This document shows positions 50,053 to 63,334 of a DNA stretch of 64,000 bases, in pieces. Below the pieces are notes generated by a model. The model saw only the letters and a list, made by a program, of their open reading frames with translations, was not told where the DNA came from and made no database searches. The position numbers and the translations under genes are program-made. Positions within the stretch are counted from its first letter, which is position 1. The number at the start of each line of letters is the position of its first letter. Origin of the DNA: Octopus sinensis (taxonomy: Eukaryota); contig NC_042997.1 in the NCBI RefSeq assembly GCF_006345805.1, positions 115,816,001 to 115,880,000 on the forward strand, in the 5' to 3' direction.

Positions 50053-50200
50053 CGTTTAGTCTTGACCGTGGCAAACAAGAGTTATCAATGCAACTCTAGT
50101 GATTAAAGTATATTTTGCTTTGATCGAGCCTGTCTCTTTCTACTTTGACTTTCATCTGTGCGTGTACAGCCTTCAGCCGAGCTATGACTACCATAACTTT

Positions 50201-50235
<35 letters not shown>

Positions 50236-50441
50236 TTTTTGCAAGGCGAGAATCGTTAGCATGCCGGGTGGAATGCTTTAACGGATTTCCGTCCGTCTTT
50301 ACGTTCTTACTTAAAATTCTGCTGAGATCAGCTTAGCCTTTCTCCCCTCTGAGACCAATAAAATAAATACTGGTTAGGCACTGGTGTCCATATAATCAAC
50401 TTACTCCCTCCCTCAAAACTATTGGTCTTGGCCAAAATTCG

Positions 50442-50472
<31 letters not shown>

Positions 50473-50475
50473 TAT

Positions 50476-50790
50476 AGGCGGAGGTATTATTTTCAGTAGT
50501 GTTTGTTTGTTTGTTTGTTTGTCGGTGGACAAGATATCTCAAGACCCACAGTTTGGATGCGGATGAAATTTTCAGGGATACTTGTCCTCGTAACTGGAAC
50601 GAACTGATTAGATTTTTGGGATCGATCCGGTACCGGACAAAGATTCTGGATTATTTGTTATATTTACTTTACTTTACATGAACTATTACGATCTTACGTT
50701 CACTTTCAAGTCTTTGTCTGATTATCTCCCTTGAAATCACGCTCATGTTTTACAGGTAAGCTATGGCGGCGTTGCTGTTTCCAAAGTTTT
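50476..50790 (+). mobile_element. Probable Helentron-associated non-autonomous element (HINE/DINE-1-like)
   Basis: GGCGGAGGTATTATTTTCAG followed by (GTTT)n and GATGAAATTTTCAGG...GATTAGATTTTTGGGATCGATCCGG. The resemblance to the DINE-1/HINE layout is from recollection only. Confidence 0.45.
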
Positions 50791-50982
50791 ATTTTCGTTT
50801 CTCCGTTATTAATTTTACTCGCGTCTCTATCTTAGTAGAAACTGATGGATAAAGAAATCAAACTACATAAACAAACGGCAGCAAAACCGTTCAGAAATTA
50901 AAAACTAACATATTCAGTAACAAGACTAAATTTAATTTATCCTCGATAATTTTTAGCTTTACCAATTTTGACTATATCGCTC

Positions 50983-51082
50983 NNNNNNNNNNNNNNNNNN
51001 NNNNNNNNNNNNNNNNNNNNNNNNNNNNNNNNNNNNNNNNNNNNNNNNNNNNNNNNNNNNNNNNNNNNNNNNNNNNNNNNNN
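50983..51082. other. Assembly gap (100 N)
   Basis: Exactly 100 Ns, typical of a scaffolding placeholder. Confidence 1.
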
Positions 51083-51305
51083 ATGTATATATGTATATAT
51101 ATATATATGTATATATGTATATATACGTATAGTATAGTATAAAATCAGTAAAAATATATATATATGATAGGATATAGTATCTTAATAATAAATGCGAAAA
51201 CTAGTTTCGTGGAGCTTAGGTGTTTTCGCGCAATAAACACTCACAACGCTCGTTCTTGGAATCGAAATCACGATCCTATGACCTAATCACTGGGTCATAT
51301 ATATA

Positions 51306-51349
<44 letters not shown>

Positions 51350-51539
51350 TATTATATATATATATATATTAATCATAATCTATCTTCAGACTTTCGTTCC
51401 GTATTTCATGCATTTGAATATATAGATTACTGGCTGTTTATGTGTATGCATATTATATTACGTATATACGTGTGTGTTTGTGTGTGTGTGTGTGTGTGCG
51501 TGTGTGTGCGCGAGCATCGCACAGACACACGTATATATA

Positions 51540-52132
51540 TATATGTAGGTATGTGTGTATGTATGCATGCGTACATGTATATGTGTTTATGTACATATAT
51601 ATATATATATATGTATATGTCTATATGTATATGTACAAATGTATATATACAAATGTATATATAAACGCATATATGCATGTGTATATATATATGTATATAT
51701 ATGTCCTTATATATATACATATATATGTATGTATATATATGTGTCTGTGTGTGTATATATGTATGTGTGTGTAAATATGTATGTGTGTATGTATATATAT
51801 GTATATACATATATATATATATGTATATAATATATATGTATATACATATATGTGTATATACATATATATGCACATATATATGTATGTGTATATACATATA
51901 TATGCACATATATATGTATGTGTATACCTATATTTGTATATGGTATACATATATGTATATATATACACATATGTATATGTATATACATATACAGATGTTT
52001 ATATGTATATGCATATATAAATGTGTATATGTACATGCATGTGTATATGTATGAATATATGTATATGTACGCATGTACATATCTATGTATATATATGTAT
52101 ATGTACGTATGTGTGTGTATATATATTATTAT

Positions 52133-52168
<36 letters not shown>

Positions 52169-52185
52169 AATATATATATTATAAA
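51540..52185. repeat. Long degenerate (TA/TG)n satellite
   Basis: Direct reading. Confidence 0.95.
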
Positions 52186-52763
52186 TTGTTTGTATGTAAA
52201 TACACCCACACACCCAATTCAATCTTAAACATGGAGAATACACCGAAAAGAAAGAGAAAATAAGCATCAAGAATATTGATACTGCGAAATGATACGTTAT
52301 TTTATTCCTCATCATTGACGTTTGTTAATTATTATTAATTTCACAGCAATTAATGAAACAGCTTAATGTATTTGCAGTTAACTTTTATTTGTATAAGGAA
52401 TATATTACTATTTCTGTTGCGTAGCCCCAAGTCAGATCTGCTGGGGCGAGTATATGATCTAAACTACTACTCCAACCATGACAAATACTGAGCAAAGTGT
52501 CTTTCTTATTTTTAGAAGGCAGCTTATGATTTTAAGACCATTTGGTTGCTATTTCTTGCATATTGGTCAACACCCTTGTGTTTTTGTTTCTCAACCATTT
52601 TCTACCCATGGACCGCTTCCATTTTTACTTCACTCGGATGGACCCGCCTAGCCATCCGATATTTAAAAAATTAGATATTTTTCTTTTATAATTAAATATT
52701 ATTAAGAATTATGTAAAAAAAATTGCTAAATTATTTTGTGTGTCGTAGAAATATAACCAATAT

Positions 52764-53150
52764 AGGCGCTGGAGTGACTGTCTGGTAAGAACCTTGCTTC
52801 CCAACCACAAGGTTCCGGGTTCAGTCCCACTGCGTGGCACCTTCGGCAAGTGTCTTCTACCATAGTCTCGAGCCGACCAAAGCCTTGTGAGGGTATTTGG
52901 TAGACGGAAACTGAAAGAATCCCGTCGTATATACGTATATATGTGTATTTGTGTGTCTGTGTTTGTTCCCCACCATCGCTTGACAACCGATGCTGGTGTG
53001 TTTACGTTCCCGTAATATAGCGGTTCGGTTAAAGAGACCAATAGAATAAGTACTAGGCTTACATAGAATAAGTTCTGGGGTTGATTTGTTCGTCCAAAGG
53101 CGGTGCTCCAGCATGGCTGCAGTCAAATGGCTGAAACAAGTAAAAAAGAA
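52764..53150 (+). mobile_element. SINE family A, full length
   Basis: AGGCGCTGGAGTGACTGTCTGG head through the tail. Confidence 0.85.
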
Positions 53151-53224
53151 CAAAATAATTTATTGCAGAAAATCAAGAGAGAGATGGCGAGCATTTTGGC
53201 AATTCATTGAACCACACATTTCTA

Positions 53225-53616
53225 TATGTACAGTACAAGGTTTCTCATTTTGAACGAAGGGCAATGTCTACCCCGGTGGAATTTGAACTCGGAACGCAAA
53301 GCCAGAAGTTATGATGCAAGGAATTTTTGACCAGCATGCTAATAATGCTCCCGCCAACTCGCCACCTTAGTAATAAATGCAACAACAATGATAATGATTG
53401 ATAATTTCAAATTTTGGCGCAAGGCCAGCACTTTCGAGGAAGCGGCTGAGTCAATGACATCGACCCCAGTGTTCAACTGGTACTTAAATTATCGATCCTG
53501 AAAAGATGAAAGGCAAAGTCAACCGCAGCAGAATTTGAACTTAGAACGTGGAGTCAGAAGAAATGCTTCTAAGCATTTCGCCCAGCGTGCTAGCGATTCT
53601 GCCAGCTTGTCACCTT

Positions 53617-53652
<36 letters not shown>

Positions 53653-54024
53653 GTAAAAATAATCCTTTCTACTATAGGCACAAGGCCTGAAATTGGTGGG
53701 GAGGGACACACTTGATTATATCGACCTCAGTGCTCGGCTGGTACTTATTTTATCGCGACGGACGAAATATCGTAAAGCATTTCGCCCACCGTGTTAACGA
53801 TTCTGCCAGCTCGCCGCCTTAATGATGATGATGATGATGATGATGATCTTTTGTAATAAAGGTAGAAGGCTTGGAATTTTGGGGGAGTGCGTAACTGGTA
53901 CCTTTTTCATTGACCCCAAAAGGATGAGAGGCAAAGTCAACCTCAGAGCTCAGTACGCGAGGACGGACCAAATGCCGCTAAGCATTTTGCCCGTCATGCT
54001 TACTATTCTGTCAGCTCGCCGCCA
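53225..54024 (-). mobile_element. Four head-to-tail SINE family B copies
   Basis: Heads (reverse complement of GGCGGCGAGCTGGCAG-like) end near 53370, 53598, 53821 and 54024. They are separated by (TAA)n or (TGA)n arrays. Confidence 0.75.
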
Positions 54025-54216
54025 TGATAACAACAACAACAATACTAATGATTGTATTAATCAATATCAACACCTTCACCATCAGTTGTTATAACTATTG
54101 TTGTTGCTATTTACGATAATTAAGAAACCAGAAACACGACAACCAATAAAGCAAGGAATGAACTGAATCTGAAAGAAGAAAATATTGGGGGAGTGGAGAC
54201 ATGAGGAGGAGGAAGA

Positions 54217-54259
<43 letters not shown>

Positions 54260-54474
54260 TAGTGGTGGTGTTGGTGGTAGTAGTAGTAGTAGTAGTAGAA
54301 GTAGTAGTAGTTATCAAATGAAAAGCGTAACCAGACTCATGATATTGTTGTTTTGATTTATGAAATCAAAAGATGCTCTGTTGAGGCGGTCATTTACCTC
54401 CCTTGACGTCAATGAGGTAAAATGATTGGCTATCATGGCGGTGATAGTGATGATGACGATGATGACGTTCGTAC

Positions 54475-54520
<46 letters not shown>

Positions 54521-54523
54521 GTG

Positions 54524-54555
<32 letters not shown>

Positions 54556-55992
54556 TGTATGTGTATGTGTGTATGTATTTCTCTTTTTAATTTAGAGTAA
54601 ATCTTTTGACCGGCCACCTACTTGTAATAAGGTTGTGAAGAAAAGCATCTTGTTTTGCCCATCATCCTTTTTATGTATGTATGTATGTATGTATGTATGT
54701 ATGTATGTATGTGTGCGTATATGTGCCTGTATGTATGTGTATTATGTATGTATGTATGCGTGTGTATGTACGTGCGTATAAATGAATGTATGTATTTACG
54801 TATAAATGTATGTTTGTATGTATGTATAAATGCATGTATGTATGTACGCATATATATATGCGTGTGTATTATGTATGTATGTATGTATGTATGTACGTAC
54901 TTATGTATGCATGCATTCCTTTTTCTTTGAGTTTTTTCTCTTAAGTTCTTCTCAAGAGCATTCAGCCTGCTCGCTAACAAATCGACAAGTCTTACCGAGT
55001 CAAGTGAGTTCCCAGTGTTTGCAAATATGTGGTTGAGTCGAGATATGTTGGTTGCACAGAACCAAGTGTGTGCTTCTATTTAATTAGAAGATCTCACATG
55101 GGGAACTTTCGGTATATATCTCACAAATTTTTCACTCTGCCACTGTGTATGTATGTGTGAGGAAGCGATGTTTGGTTGAGTGGTTAAAAGTTCGCATCGT
55201 AAAGTACGAGGGCTCAACCCTGCTGAGTACAATTACCAAAGTTTTAGTCATTTCATTTTTTGAAAGTGAAACAGGATCGACGATAGCTATAGAAGTCCGT
55301 CGGCTGGGATAGTACCCGTAATTGAAAAGTACCCCCCTCTCTCTCTAATACACACACATTCGGTCACGCTGATTCTGCCTGAAAATTCCGTTTGGAATAC
55401 ACGTGTCATTGGAATGATTAGCCATTCACGTTAATTCGGTCGAACCATTTAACACTCTTCATCGAAATCGACGGTGAACCATCTATGTTACGTATTGCGT
55501 AAATGTTATTTAGATGTTATACATGCTAGAAATATGGCAGATGCCCTCCCCAGTATAAACGGACTTAACGAACCATAGCGATAACCTCTTTATATAGATG
55601 TACAAACTTCTACAACATTACGTACTTTCATTTTCAACGGCGTAGTTTTTCAATTTTCCTAGATTCAATACTCCGTTTTATTTCTATATTTTTTCGTTGA
55701 GTATTCTTATGGACCAATGAGCGATTTACTATTTTAGGTGTAATTTGTATTTACATAAATATCAATAAAATAATTTAGCAATAAGAAATGATGCTAACTG
55801 GAAACAAATACTTAACGATGGCAGTGTTCTAGTTCCACCGCAGAGCGTTGACAAGGATAACATTTTAAAGAGTAATACATACATTTTAATCTCTCAGTTG
55901 ATTGGTTGTTCTCCTCGAAACTGGAGGAGAGAGTCGTCTTGCTAGCTGCCGACTTTATTTAAATAATTCCTTATAACCATTCAGTCTCTCTC

Positions 55993-56345
55993 TCTCTTAC
56001 TCTTTCACTTGTTTCAGTCATTTGACTGCGGCCATACTGGAGCACCGCCTTTAGTCGAGCAAATCTACTCCAGGACTTATTCAAACGGTCTCTTTTGCCG
56101 AACTGCTAAGTTACAGGGACGTAAACACACCAGCATCGGTTGTCAAGCGATGTTGAGGGGACAAATACAGACACACAAACATATACACACACATACATAT
56201 ATATATATACGACGGGCTTCTTTCAGTTTCCGTCTACCAAGTCCATTCACAAGGCTTTGGTCGGCCCTAGACTATAGTAGAAGACACTTGCCTAAGTTGC
56301 CACGCTATGGGAATGAACCCGGAACCATGTGGTTGGTAAGCCAGT
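55993..56345 (-). mobile_element. SINE family A
   Basis: Both halves present, with a short deletion in the 3' half. Confidence 0.85.
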
Positions 56346-56773
56346 CCTTAACATTTGTTTAAAGTTGTTATTTTGATCTCCTTGGATATCATCAGTTCGG
56401 CGTGATTAAGAACCTGGATCGATCAAATATTGCGTTACATTAAATTAGTTTATTAAGGAGAAAACGTGTCGCCGGGAATCAAAATCATGACCTTACGATC
56501 ATGATCCGATAACCCTGACCACGAAGCCATACACCTTCATTATGTACACACGCGCACGCGCGCACTCTTTAAAATATATAAATGAAAATATATAAATGTA
56601 TATACATGTGTATAGTGTATATGCAGTATGCATAAATGCATGCATATCTCTGTGTGTGTGCGTATGTGTGTGTGTACAGGTACTAGTATCGTAGAGTGGT
56701 CCCGGTTTGCGCAGACGCGCGTCCGCGCTAGCCAGACGTAGGCAGTCGATCCTACGAGCTGACTGGCGCATGC

Positions 56774-56888
56774 ACGATATATACGATATATACTTGTATC
56801 GATATATACGTGTATACGATATATACTTGTATCGATATATTCGTGTATACGATATATACTTGTATATATACGATATATACTTGTATCG
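56774..56888. repeat. 33-bp tandem repeat (about 3.5 copies) with CpG-rich flanks
   Basis: Unit GATATATACTTGTATCGATATATACGTGTATAC. Confidence 0.85.
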
Positions 56889-57365
56889 CACGTCCCCGAT
56901 TCGCGCGACACTGTGTGTATGTTTGCGTGTTTGTCCTCCCACCATCGCTTGACAGCCAATGTTCGACTTAAGGCGGTGTTTCAGCATGGCTGCAGTCAAA
57001 TGACTGAAACAAATAAAAGAATAAAAAAGAATCTATGTACGTACGTATGTATGCATATAATGTATGTCTGTGTAACATATTTGTATGTTGGTGTACCAAC
57101 GAAGACGTAGTCGGTAACCTCGGGAAGAGTTCTCACTTCGTCGTCAAGGACCGCGTCCGTGGAATCGGCTTGTCCAGATATATGGATATGGTTGCCTGTA
57201 AAGCGCCGCGTTTCGGACAGAAGAAAAAAAAATCAGTGCGGTACTCCAGCATGGCCGCAGTCTGAAACAAAATGAATGGAAGTCTATATATCCATATATT
57301 CATGCAACTTATTCACATACATACACATATATAAGTATTTATAAATATTTTTGATATATATGTAT

Positions 57366-57565
57366 CAGTCATTTGACTGCGGCCATGCTGGAGCACAGCC
57401 CTTAGTCGAGTAAATCGACCCCAGGACTTATTCTTTGTAAGCCTAGTAATTGTTCTATCGGTCTCTTTTGCCGAACCGCTAAATTACAGGGACGTAAACA
57501 CACCACCATCGGTTGTCAAGCGATATTGGGCGGGGGACACATGCTCACAAATACACACACACACA

Positions 57566-57623
<58 letters not shown>

Positions 57624-57795
57624 ATATATATACGACGGGCTTCTTTCAGTTTTCGTCAACCTAATCCACCCACGAGGCTCTGGTTGGCCCGAGGCTATAG
57701 TAGAAGACACTGGTCCAAGTTGCCACGCAGTGGAACTGAACCCGAACCATGTGGTTGGTAAGCAAGCTACTTACCACACAGCCACTTCTGCGCCT
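57366..57795 (-). mobile_element. SINE family A
   Basis: Both halves flanking (CA)/(TA). Confidence 0.85.
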
Positions 57796-57802
57796 ACATA
57801 TA

Positions 57803-57838
<36 letters not shown>

Positions 57839-58239
57839 GCTCAATTTTGTATATACTGTATGTGTGTATATGAATAAAGGCAATTAAATGCTTCCTCAGT
57901 GACTCCATTACATCAACAGTGGTTGGGAAATGAGAATTTCATTGTTTCTAAATCTATGTCAAATGGGTGGCGGAGGGGATGGTGAAAGGCTTGAGCTGAG
58001 GGACCGGAGTTCATGAGTTTCAGAGTTCATGGCGGCCATCTGTAAATACCTCCTACACGCATTTCCTGGTGGAAGGAAAAATGTGAATGGGTGCAACAAG
58101 CCTTACATCATGGACGATGTTACGATGTTTATTGTGTCAGTAAATGTTTGTTCACACTGCGGACTTTGTACGAACTGAACGCAGTACACACACATACACA
58201 CAAATACACGCGCGCGAGTACGTACGTACGTATGTATGT

Positions 58240-58484
58240 ACTCTTTTACGCTTTTACTTGTTTCATTCATTTGACTGTGGCCATGCTGGAGCACCGCCTT
58301 TAGTCGAGCAAATCGACTCCAGGACTTATTCTTTGTATGCTTAGTACTTATTCTATCGGTCTCTTTTGCCGAACCGCTAAGTTACGGGGACTTAAACACA
58401 CCAGCATCGGTTGTCAAGCGATGTTGGGGGAGAGGGGACAAACACAGACACACAAACATATACACACATACATACATATATATA

Positions 58485-58530
<46 letters not shown>

Positions 58531-58682
58531 TACATACATTTATACGACGGGCTACTTTCAGTTTCCGTCTACCAAATCCACTCACAGGCTTTGGTCGGCC
58601 CGAGGCTATAGTAGAAGACACTTGCCCAAGATGCCATGCAGTGAGACTGAACCCGGAATCATGTGGTTCGTAAGCAAGCTGA
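58240..58682 (-). mobile_element. SINE family A
   Basis: Both halves flanking a microsatellite. Confidence 0.85.
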
Positions 58683-58687
58683 ACGTG

Positions 58688-58940
58688 TATATATGTATAA
58701 CTAGCTGAAGGTACTCGACCAATTTTTGCCTATGGATCCCTTAGATTTCTATATCATTCTGATGGATCCTCGTAGCCATTCGATGTTTATTAAAAAGTCG
58801 TTTAATATTTGTATACTTAAATATCGTTTGGAATTGTGTAAAAGAATTAGTACAGTTTGTGTGTTGTAAGAAGTTTAAGCTGTTCATTGCAATTTTAACA
58901 ACAAAATCTTGGGTCATGTGGACCCTGGTTGAGAATCATC
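58688..58940. mobile_element. Degenerate hAT-type MITE (related fragment at ~52575-52680)
   Basis: The end GGACCCTGGTTGAGAATCA is the reverse complement of a TTCTCAACC-type hAT terminus. Internal ATGGA(T/C)CC motifs are shared with 52575-52680. Confidence 0.45.
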
Positions 58941-59352
58941 AGGCGCAGGAGTGGCTGTGTGGTAAGTAGCTTGCTAACCAACCACATGGTTCCGGGTTCA
59001 GTCCCACTGCGTGGCTCTTGGGCAAGTGTCTTCTGCTATAGCCCCGGGCCGACCAATGCCTTGTGGTGGATTTGGTGCGACGGAACTGAAAGAAGCCTGT
59101 CGTATATATGTTGTATATATATGTATGTGTTGTTTGTTTGTGTGTCTGTGTTTGTCGCCCCTAGCATTGCTTGACAACCGATGCTGGTGTGTTTATTCCC
59201 CGTTACTTATTAGCGGTTCGGCAAACGAGACCGATATCATAAGTACTGTGGCTTACAAAAAAGAATAAGTCCCGGGGTCGAGTCGCTCGACTAAAGGCGG
59301 TGCTCAGCATGGCCGCAGTCAAAGGACTGAAACAAGTAAAAGAGTAAAAGAG
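58941..59352 (+). mobile_element. SINE family A, full length
   Basis: AGGCGCAGGAGTGGCTGTGTGGTAAG head through the GTAAAAGAG tail. Confidence 0.88.
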
Positions 59353-59493
59353 AGAGAGAGAGAGTATAATTACTGTTATCTGCAGGATATCGTTTTTCCT
59401 TGACGAACTCCTACATAACCACCCATCCATCCACCCACCCACCCACCCACTCCATCCATCCATCCATCCATCCATCCATCCATCCATCCATCC

Positions 59494-59551
<58 letters not shown>

Positions 59552-60024
59552 ATACAACTAATGTAGGATAAAAATTTAAAAAAAAAAAAAAAATTTATCA
59601 ATGGTTAGCATATCAAAAAATACCTTGAAAGGTTAAATTTATAAATAACTTACAAAATAAGGGCAAAAGAAAAATTCTAATGCCAAATATGACGAAAAAA
59701 AGACAAAATTGTCAATAACCATTATAATTTATGCGTCTCGAAACAAGCCGATAGAAATTTCTAAAAAATCCGTTATTATCGTATTGGTCCCAATTTCAGG
59801 GTTAATTCATAAGAATTTTCCCCTCGTCAGCGATAAATACGTAAGACATAAATGAGATACTTACTCATACCCATGGAAAAAGCAAGCACTAAGTCCTGAG
59901 CAGACCTAAGTACCCCAATAATATCCAAAATAGAAAATCTTCAGCACATCTCGAGACACGTGTGATTCGAACTAGAAACTTTCACAGAGTGAGAGAATCC
60001 GGAAGTGAACAGTATTAAACAAGC

Positions 60025-60208
60025 ACAGACAAACGGATTAAGTCGATTACATCGACCCCAGTGCGTAACTAGTACTTAATTTATCGACCCCGAAAGGATG
60101 AAAGGCAAAGTCAACCTCGGCGGAATTTGAACTCAGAACGTAACGGCAGACGAAATACAGCTACGCATTTCGCCCGGCGTGCTAACGTTTCTGCCAGCTC
60201 GCCGCCTA
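60025..60208 (-). mobile_element. SINE family B
   Basis: Reverse complement of the head and core. Confidence 0.85.
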
Positions 60209-60823
60209 ATGTTAATTGAATAATAATTAAAATTTTTAATTAAAATACTTCTAGTTTATTTATCCTTCGAGTTAAAGCAATCCGGTTTCGTTTCATTTCG
60301 GTTTCTTTTCATTACATTCTTCAATAAAGAAGACCAAAACAGTACAAACTCTTTCGCTTTACACGACTTCACCGTCCCCCACCAAAGCAAAGCAGAAGTA
60401 TTTTAATTCTAATGAACAGTTGACTCCTCATGGAAAATATATTTACATAAACTAAACTGTTATTAACATTTTCCCCTTAGATAATTAGTCATGTCTAAAC
60501 GAATTACAATAATAATTTGCTTGCGTTGTTTGGAAACAAGAAAGAAATGTTTGGAGAGAGGTTATTAAAGAAGAAATGAACTAAATGTGTTGAATTTAAT
60601 GGCTGACAACTGGGAATAACTGGAAGTCTTGCTACATATTTGTATGTCAACAGGGGATGTCAGGAGATGGGATGCTTCGACATAGTGTCAGCCTTGCAAA
60701 TAGCTTCGGTCACTGAAATGTTAAGTAATGAATGGTGTTCACGGGAATAGCATTTGAAAATATTTTATCAAATCAGGGATTTTTATTCCAGATTTGAGCA
60801 ACTAACTATATTAATAATCACAC

Positions 60824-60872
<49 letters not shown>

Positions 60873-60944
60873 ACACACACAACACACACACTCTCTGTCT
60901 CTCTCTGTCTCTGTCTCAGTCTGTCTGTCTCTCTTTCTCTCTCT

Positions 60945-61367
60945 CGCTCACGTATTGATCTTATAAATATTGAGCAATTCTAAACTTTACAAAGTAAACC
61001 AAGAAAACACTAGACTCTTTTAAACACACACACACTCTCTCTGTCTCTGTCTCTTTCTCTCTCTCTCTCTCTGTCTGTCTCTGTCTGTATATCTGTCTGT
61101 CTCTGTTTCTCTGTCTCTGTCTGTCTGTCTGTCTCTCTGTCTCTCTCGCTCACGTATTGATCTTATAAATATTGAGCAATTCTAAACTTTATGAAGTAAA
61201 CCAAGAAAACACTAGACTCTTTTAAACACACACACTCTCTCTCTGTCTCTGTCTGTCTTTCTGTCTCTCTGTTTCTCACGCTCACGTATTGATCTTATAA
61301 ATATTGAGCAATTTTAAACTTTATGAAGTAAACCAAGAAAACACTAGATTCTTTTAACAAACACACA
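60945..61367 (+). repeat. Three ~88-bp cores separated by variable (CT/GT) microsatellite spacers
   Basis: CGCTCACGTATTGATCTTATAAATATTGAGCAATT...CACTAGA(C/T)TCTTTTAA at 60945, 61147 and 61279. Confidence 0.92.
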
Positions 61368-61404
61368 CAATATTGTATGTCAGTATTTGTATCAATATAT
61401 ATAT

Positions 61405-61650
61405 GTGTAAAATCATAGTCATCATTTAAAGTTCACTTTTCTCTGATTGCAAGGGGCGGATCGACTTTCGGTGGGGCAGGATTTTTACAGCTGGATGGTC
61501 TTCCTGTTACCAAACCGCATCTGGTAAATAATCTGAGGGACTATTTCTCCATGGCCAGCAGACATGTTCTCGCAGACTATTGGAAATGAATGACATTGCA
61601 TTCATGGCGGTTGACATTCATGTACAACTATCACGTAATGTCAAGAAAAG
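61405..61650 (-). mobile_element. Short element sharing the RTE 3' tail
   Basis: TTTTTACAGCTGGATG..CTTCCT is the reverse complement of the RTE-tail motif at 1065-1095, and ends at an (ATC) tail. Confidence 0.55.
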
Positions 61651-61677
61651 AGGAGACAAACACAGACACATTTATAT

Positions 61678-62032
61678 TCTTTTCTAATATAGGCACAATG
61701 CCCGAAAGTTTGGAGAAGGGACTAGTCGATTAGATCAACCCCAGTATGCAACTGGTAATTAATTTATCGACCCCAAAAGGATGAAAGGCAAAGTCGATCT
61801 CGGCAGAATTCGAACTTAGAACGTAAAAACAGACGAAATACCTATTTCTTTACTACTCACAAGGGGCTAAACACAGAGGGGACAGACAAGGACAGACAGA
61901 CGGATTAAGTCGATTATATCGATCCCAGTGCGTAACTGGTACTTTATTTATCGACTCCGAAAGGATGAAAGGCAAAGCCGACCTTGGCGGAATTTAAACT
62001 CAGAACGTAACGTTTCTGCCAGCTCTCCGCCT
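61678..62032 (-). mobile_element. SINE family B, dimeric form
   Basis: Two core modules; the head is partly deleted. Confidence 0.8.
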
Positions 62033-62361
62033 TACATTACACATTTGTATACGACTAGCTTATTTTAGTTTCCGTCTACAGGTTCACAGGTAAAAAAAAT
62101 ATGGTTCAGAAGCATTGTTCTAAATTTACGAATAGCGATAATTTGGTAAAAATTACTTTAAAAATTCCAGTTGTTCTTACAAAATATTCCTAGGTTCACA
62201 ATTTCGCTTGCTTCCCTAGGATTGATAAAGGTACTAAAATTAAGCTAAAATTTCCAGTTGTGCATCTGTTTGTAACGTTGCAATTACACCTGGGTGTTAT
62301 TAGAGCTCCATGTTCTGCTTTACGGGTGACTAGAGGGAATGAGTATGGTTATATTTTGCAG

Positions 62362-62677
62362 GTGGAGGCGCAATGGCCCAGTGGTTAGGGCAGCAGACTC
62401 GCGGTCGGAGGATCGCGATTTCGATTCCCAGATCGGGCGTTGTGTGTGTTTATTGAGCGAAAACACCTAAAGCTCCACGAGGCTCAGGCAGGGGGTGGTG
62501 CCGACCCCTGTTGTACTCTTTCGCCCCAACTCTCTCTCACTCTTTCTTCCTGTTTCTTGAGTAACGCTGCGATGGACTGGCATCCCGTCCAGCTGGGGGG
62601 AACACATACGCTATAGAAACCGGGAAACCGGGCCTATGAGCCTGGTTAGGCATGAAAAGGGCGCATAAATAAATAAA
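62362..62677 (+). mobile_element. Complete tRNA-derived SINE (family D) with a 12-bp TSD
   Basis: A box TGGCCCAGTGG, B box ATTTCGATTCCC, central CTGCGATGGACTGGCATCCCGTCCAG, an (AAAT)n tail, and TSD TATATTTTGCAG at 62350-62361 and 62678-62689. Confidence 0.9.
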
Positions 62678-63334
62678 TATATTTTGCAGACTTCGTAATA
62701 GTGATCCTCAAGATTGATAGAGTATTTTCTCCATCCAACAGTCACCACATCTATATCGACAAATCCAACATAGTATCAGTACTAAACGGAAGTTTTAACT
62801 GCTGAATGTTTGAGTGAGAAACTAGCTCGGGAACAGAACAGGTGTAATGCAGACGGCCATATCTTCATCTCGTTCTTGTAACCGCGATTAGATGATTTAT
62901 GATGTAAAATGTTAGAGGGCTAAGCTCGTGTCAGAAGCAGATTGGATGGATATATTGATAAATGTTCAAGAACTGGGTAATCTACACTAAACAAGTTCCA
63001 TGCCATCTTAATAAAATAAGAGGAAAATGGCAAGTTCCTTTTATATCAGTTTACAGAATGAAGTATGAACTTTTGGCCATTTATGTTTCGAAACTGTTGT
63101 CGTTGTTGTTGTTGTTATTATTTAACACCCGGCCAGCTCGGATTGAGCAGGCTATGATCACAAACGTTCTAACTGTGACCATCCCATTCAATTTGTCCAG
63201 TGTGTTCCTTATCTTTAAAGTATGTAGTGTTAGATTTGAGGGAGATTTGGTTGCTATATCTAGCAAGTCGAGCGCCCATGTAGGGGATCCGTTAGTGTTA
63301 AGAAGTGGTCCACTCTATTATTTTCTTTTGTATA

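Noticed and set aside
59863-59975. Strong GTAAGTA donor on the minus strand
   Set aside because: The upstream candidate exon has stops in all frames.
60945-61367. CRISPR-like repeat-spacer appearance
   Set aside because: The context is eukaryotic, the 88-bp repeats are too long, the spacers are microsatellites, and there are no cas genes.
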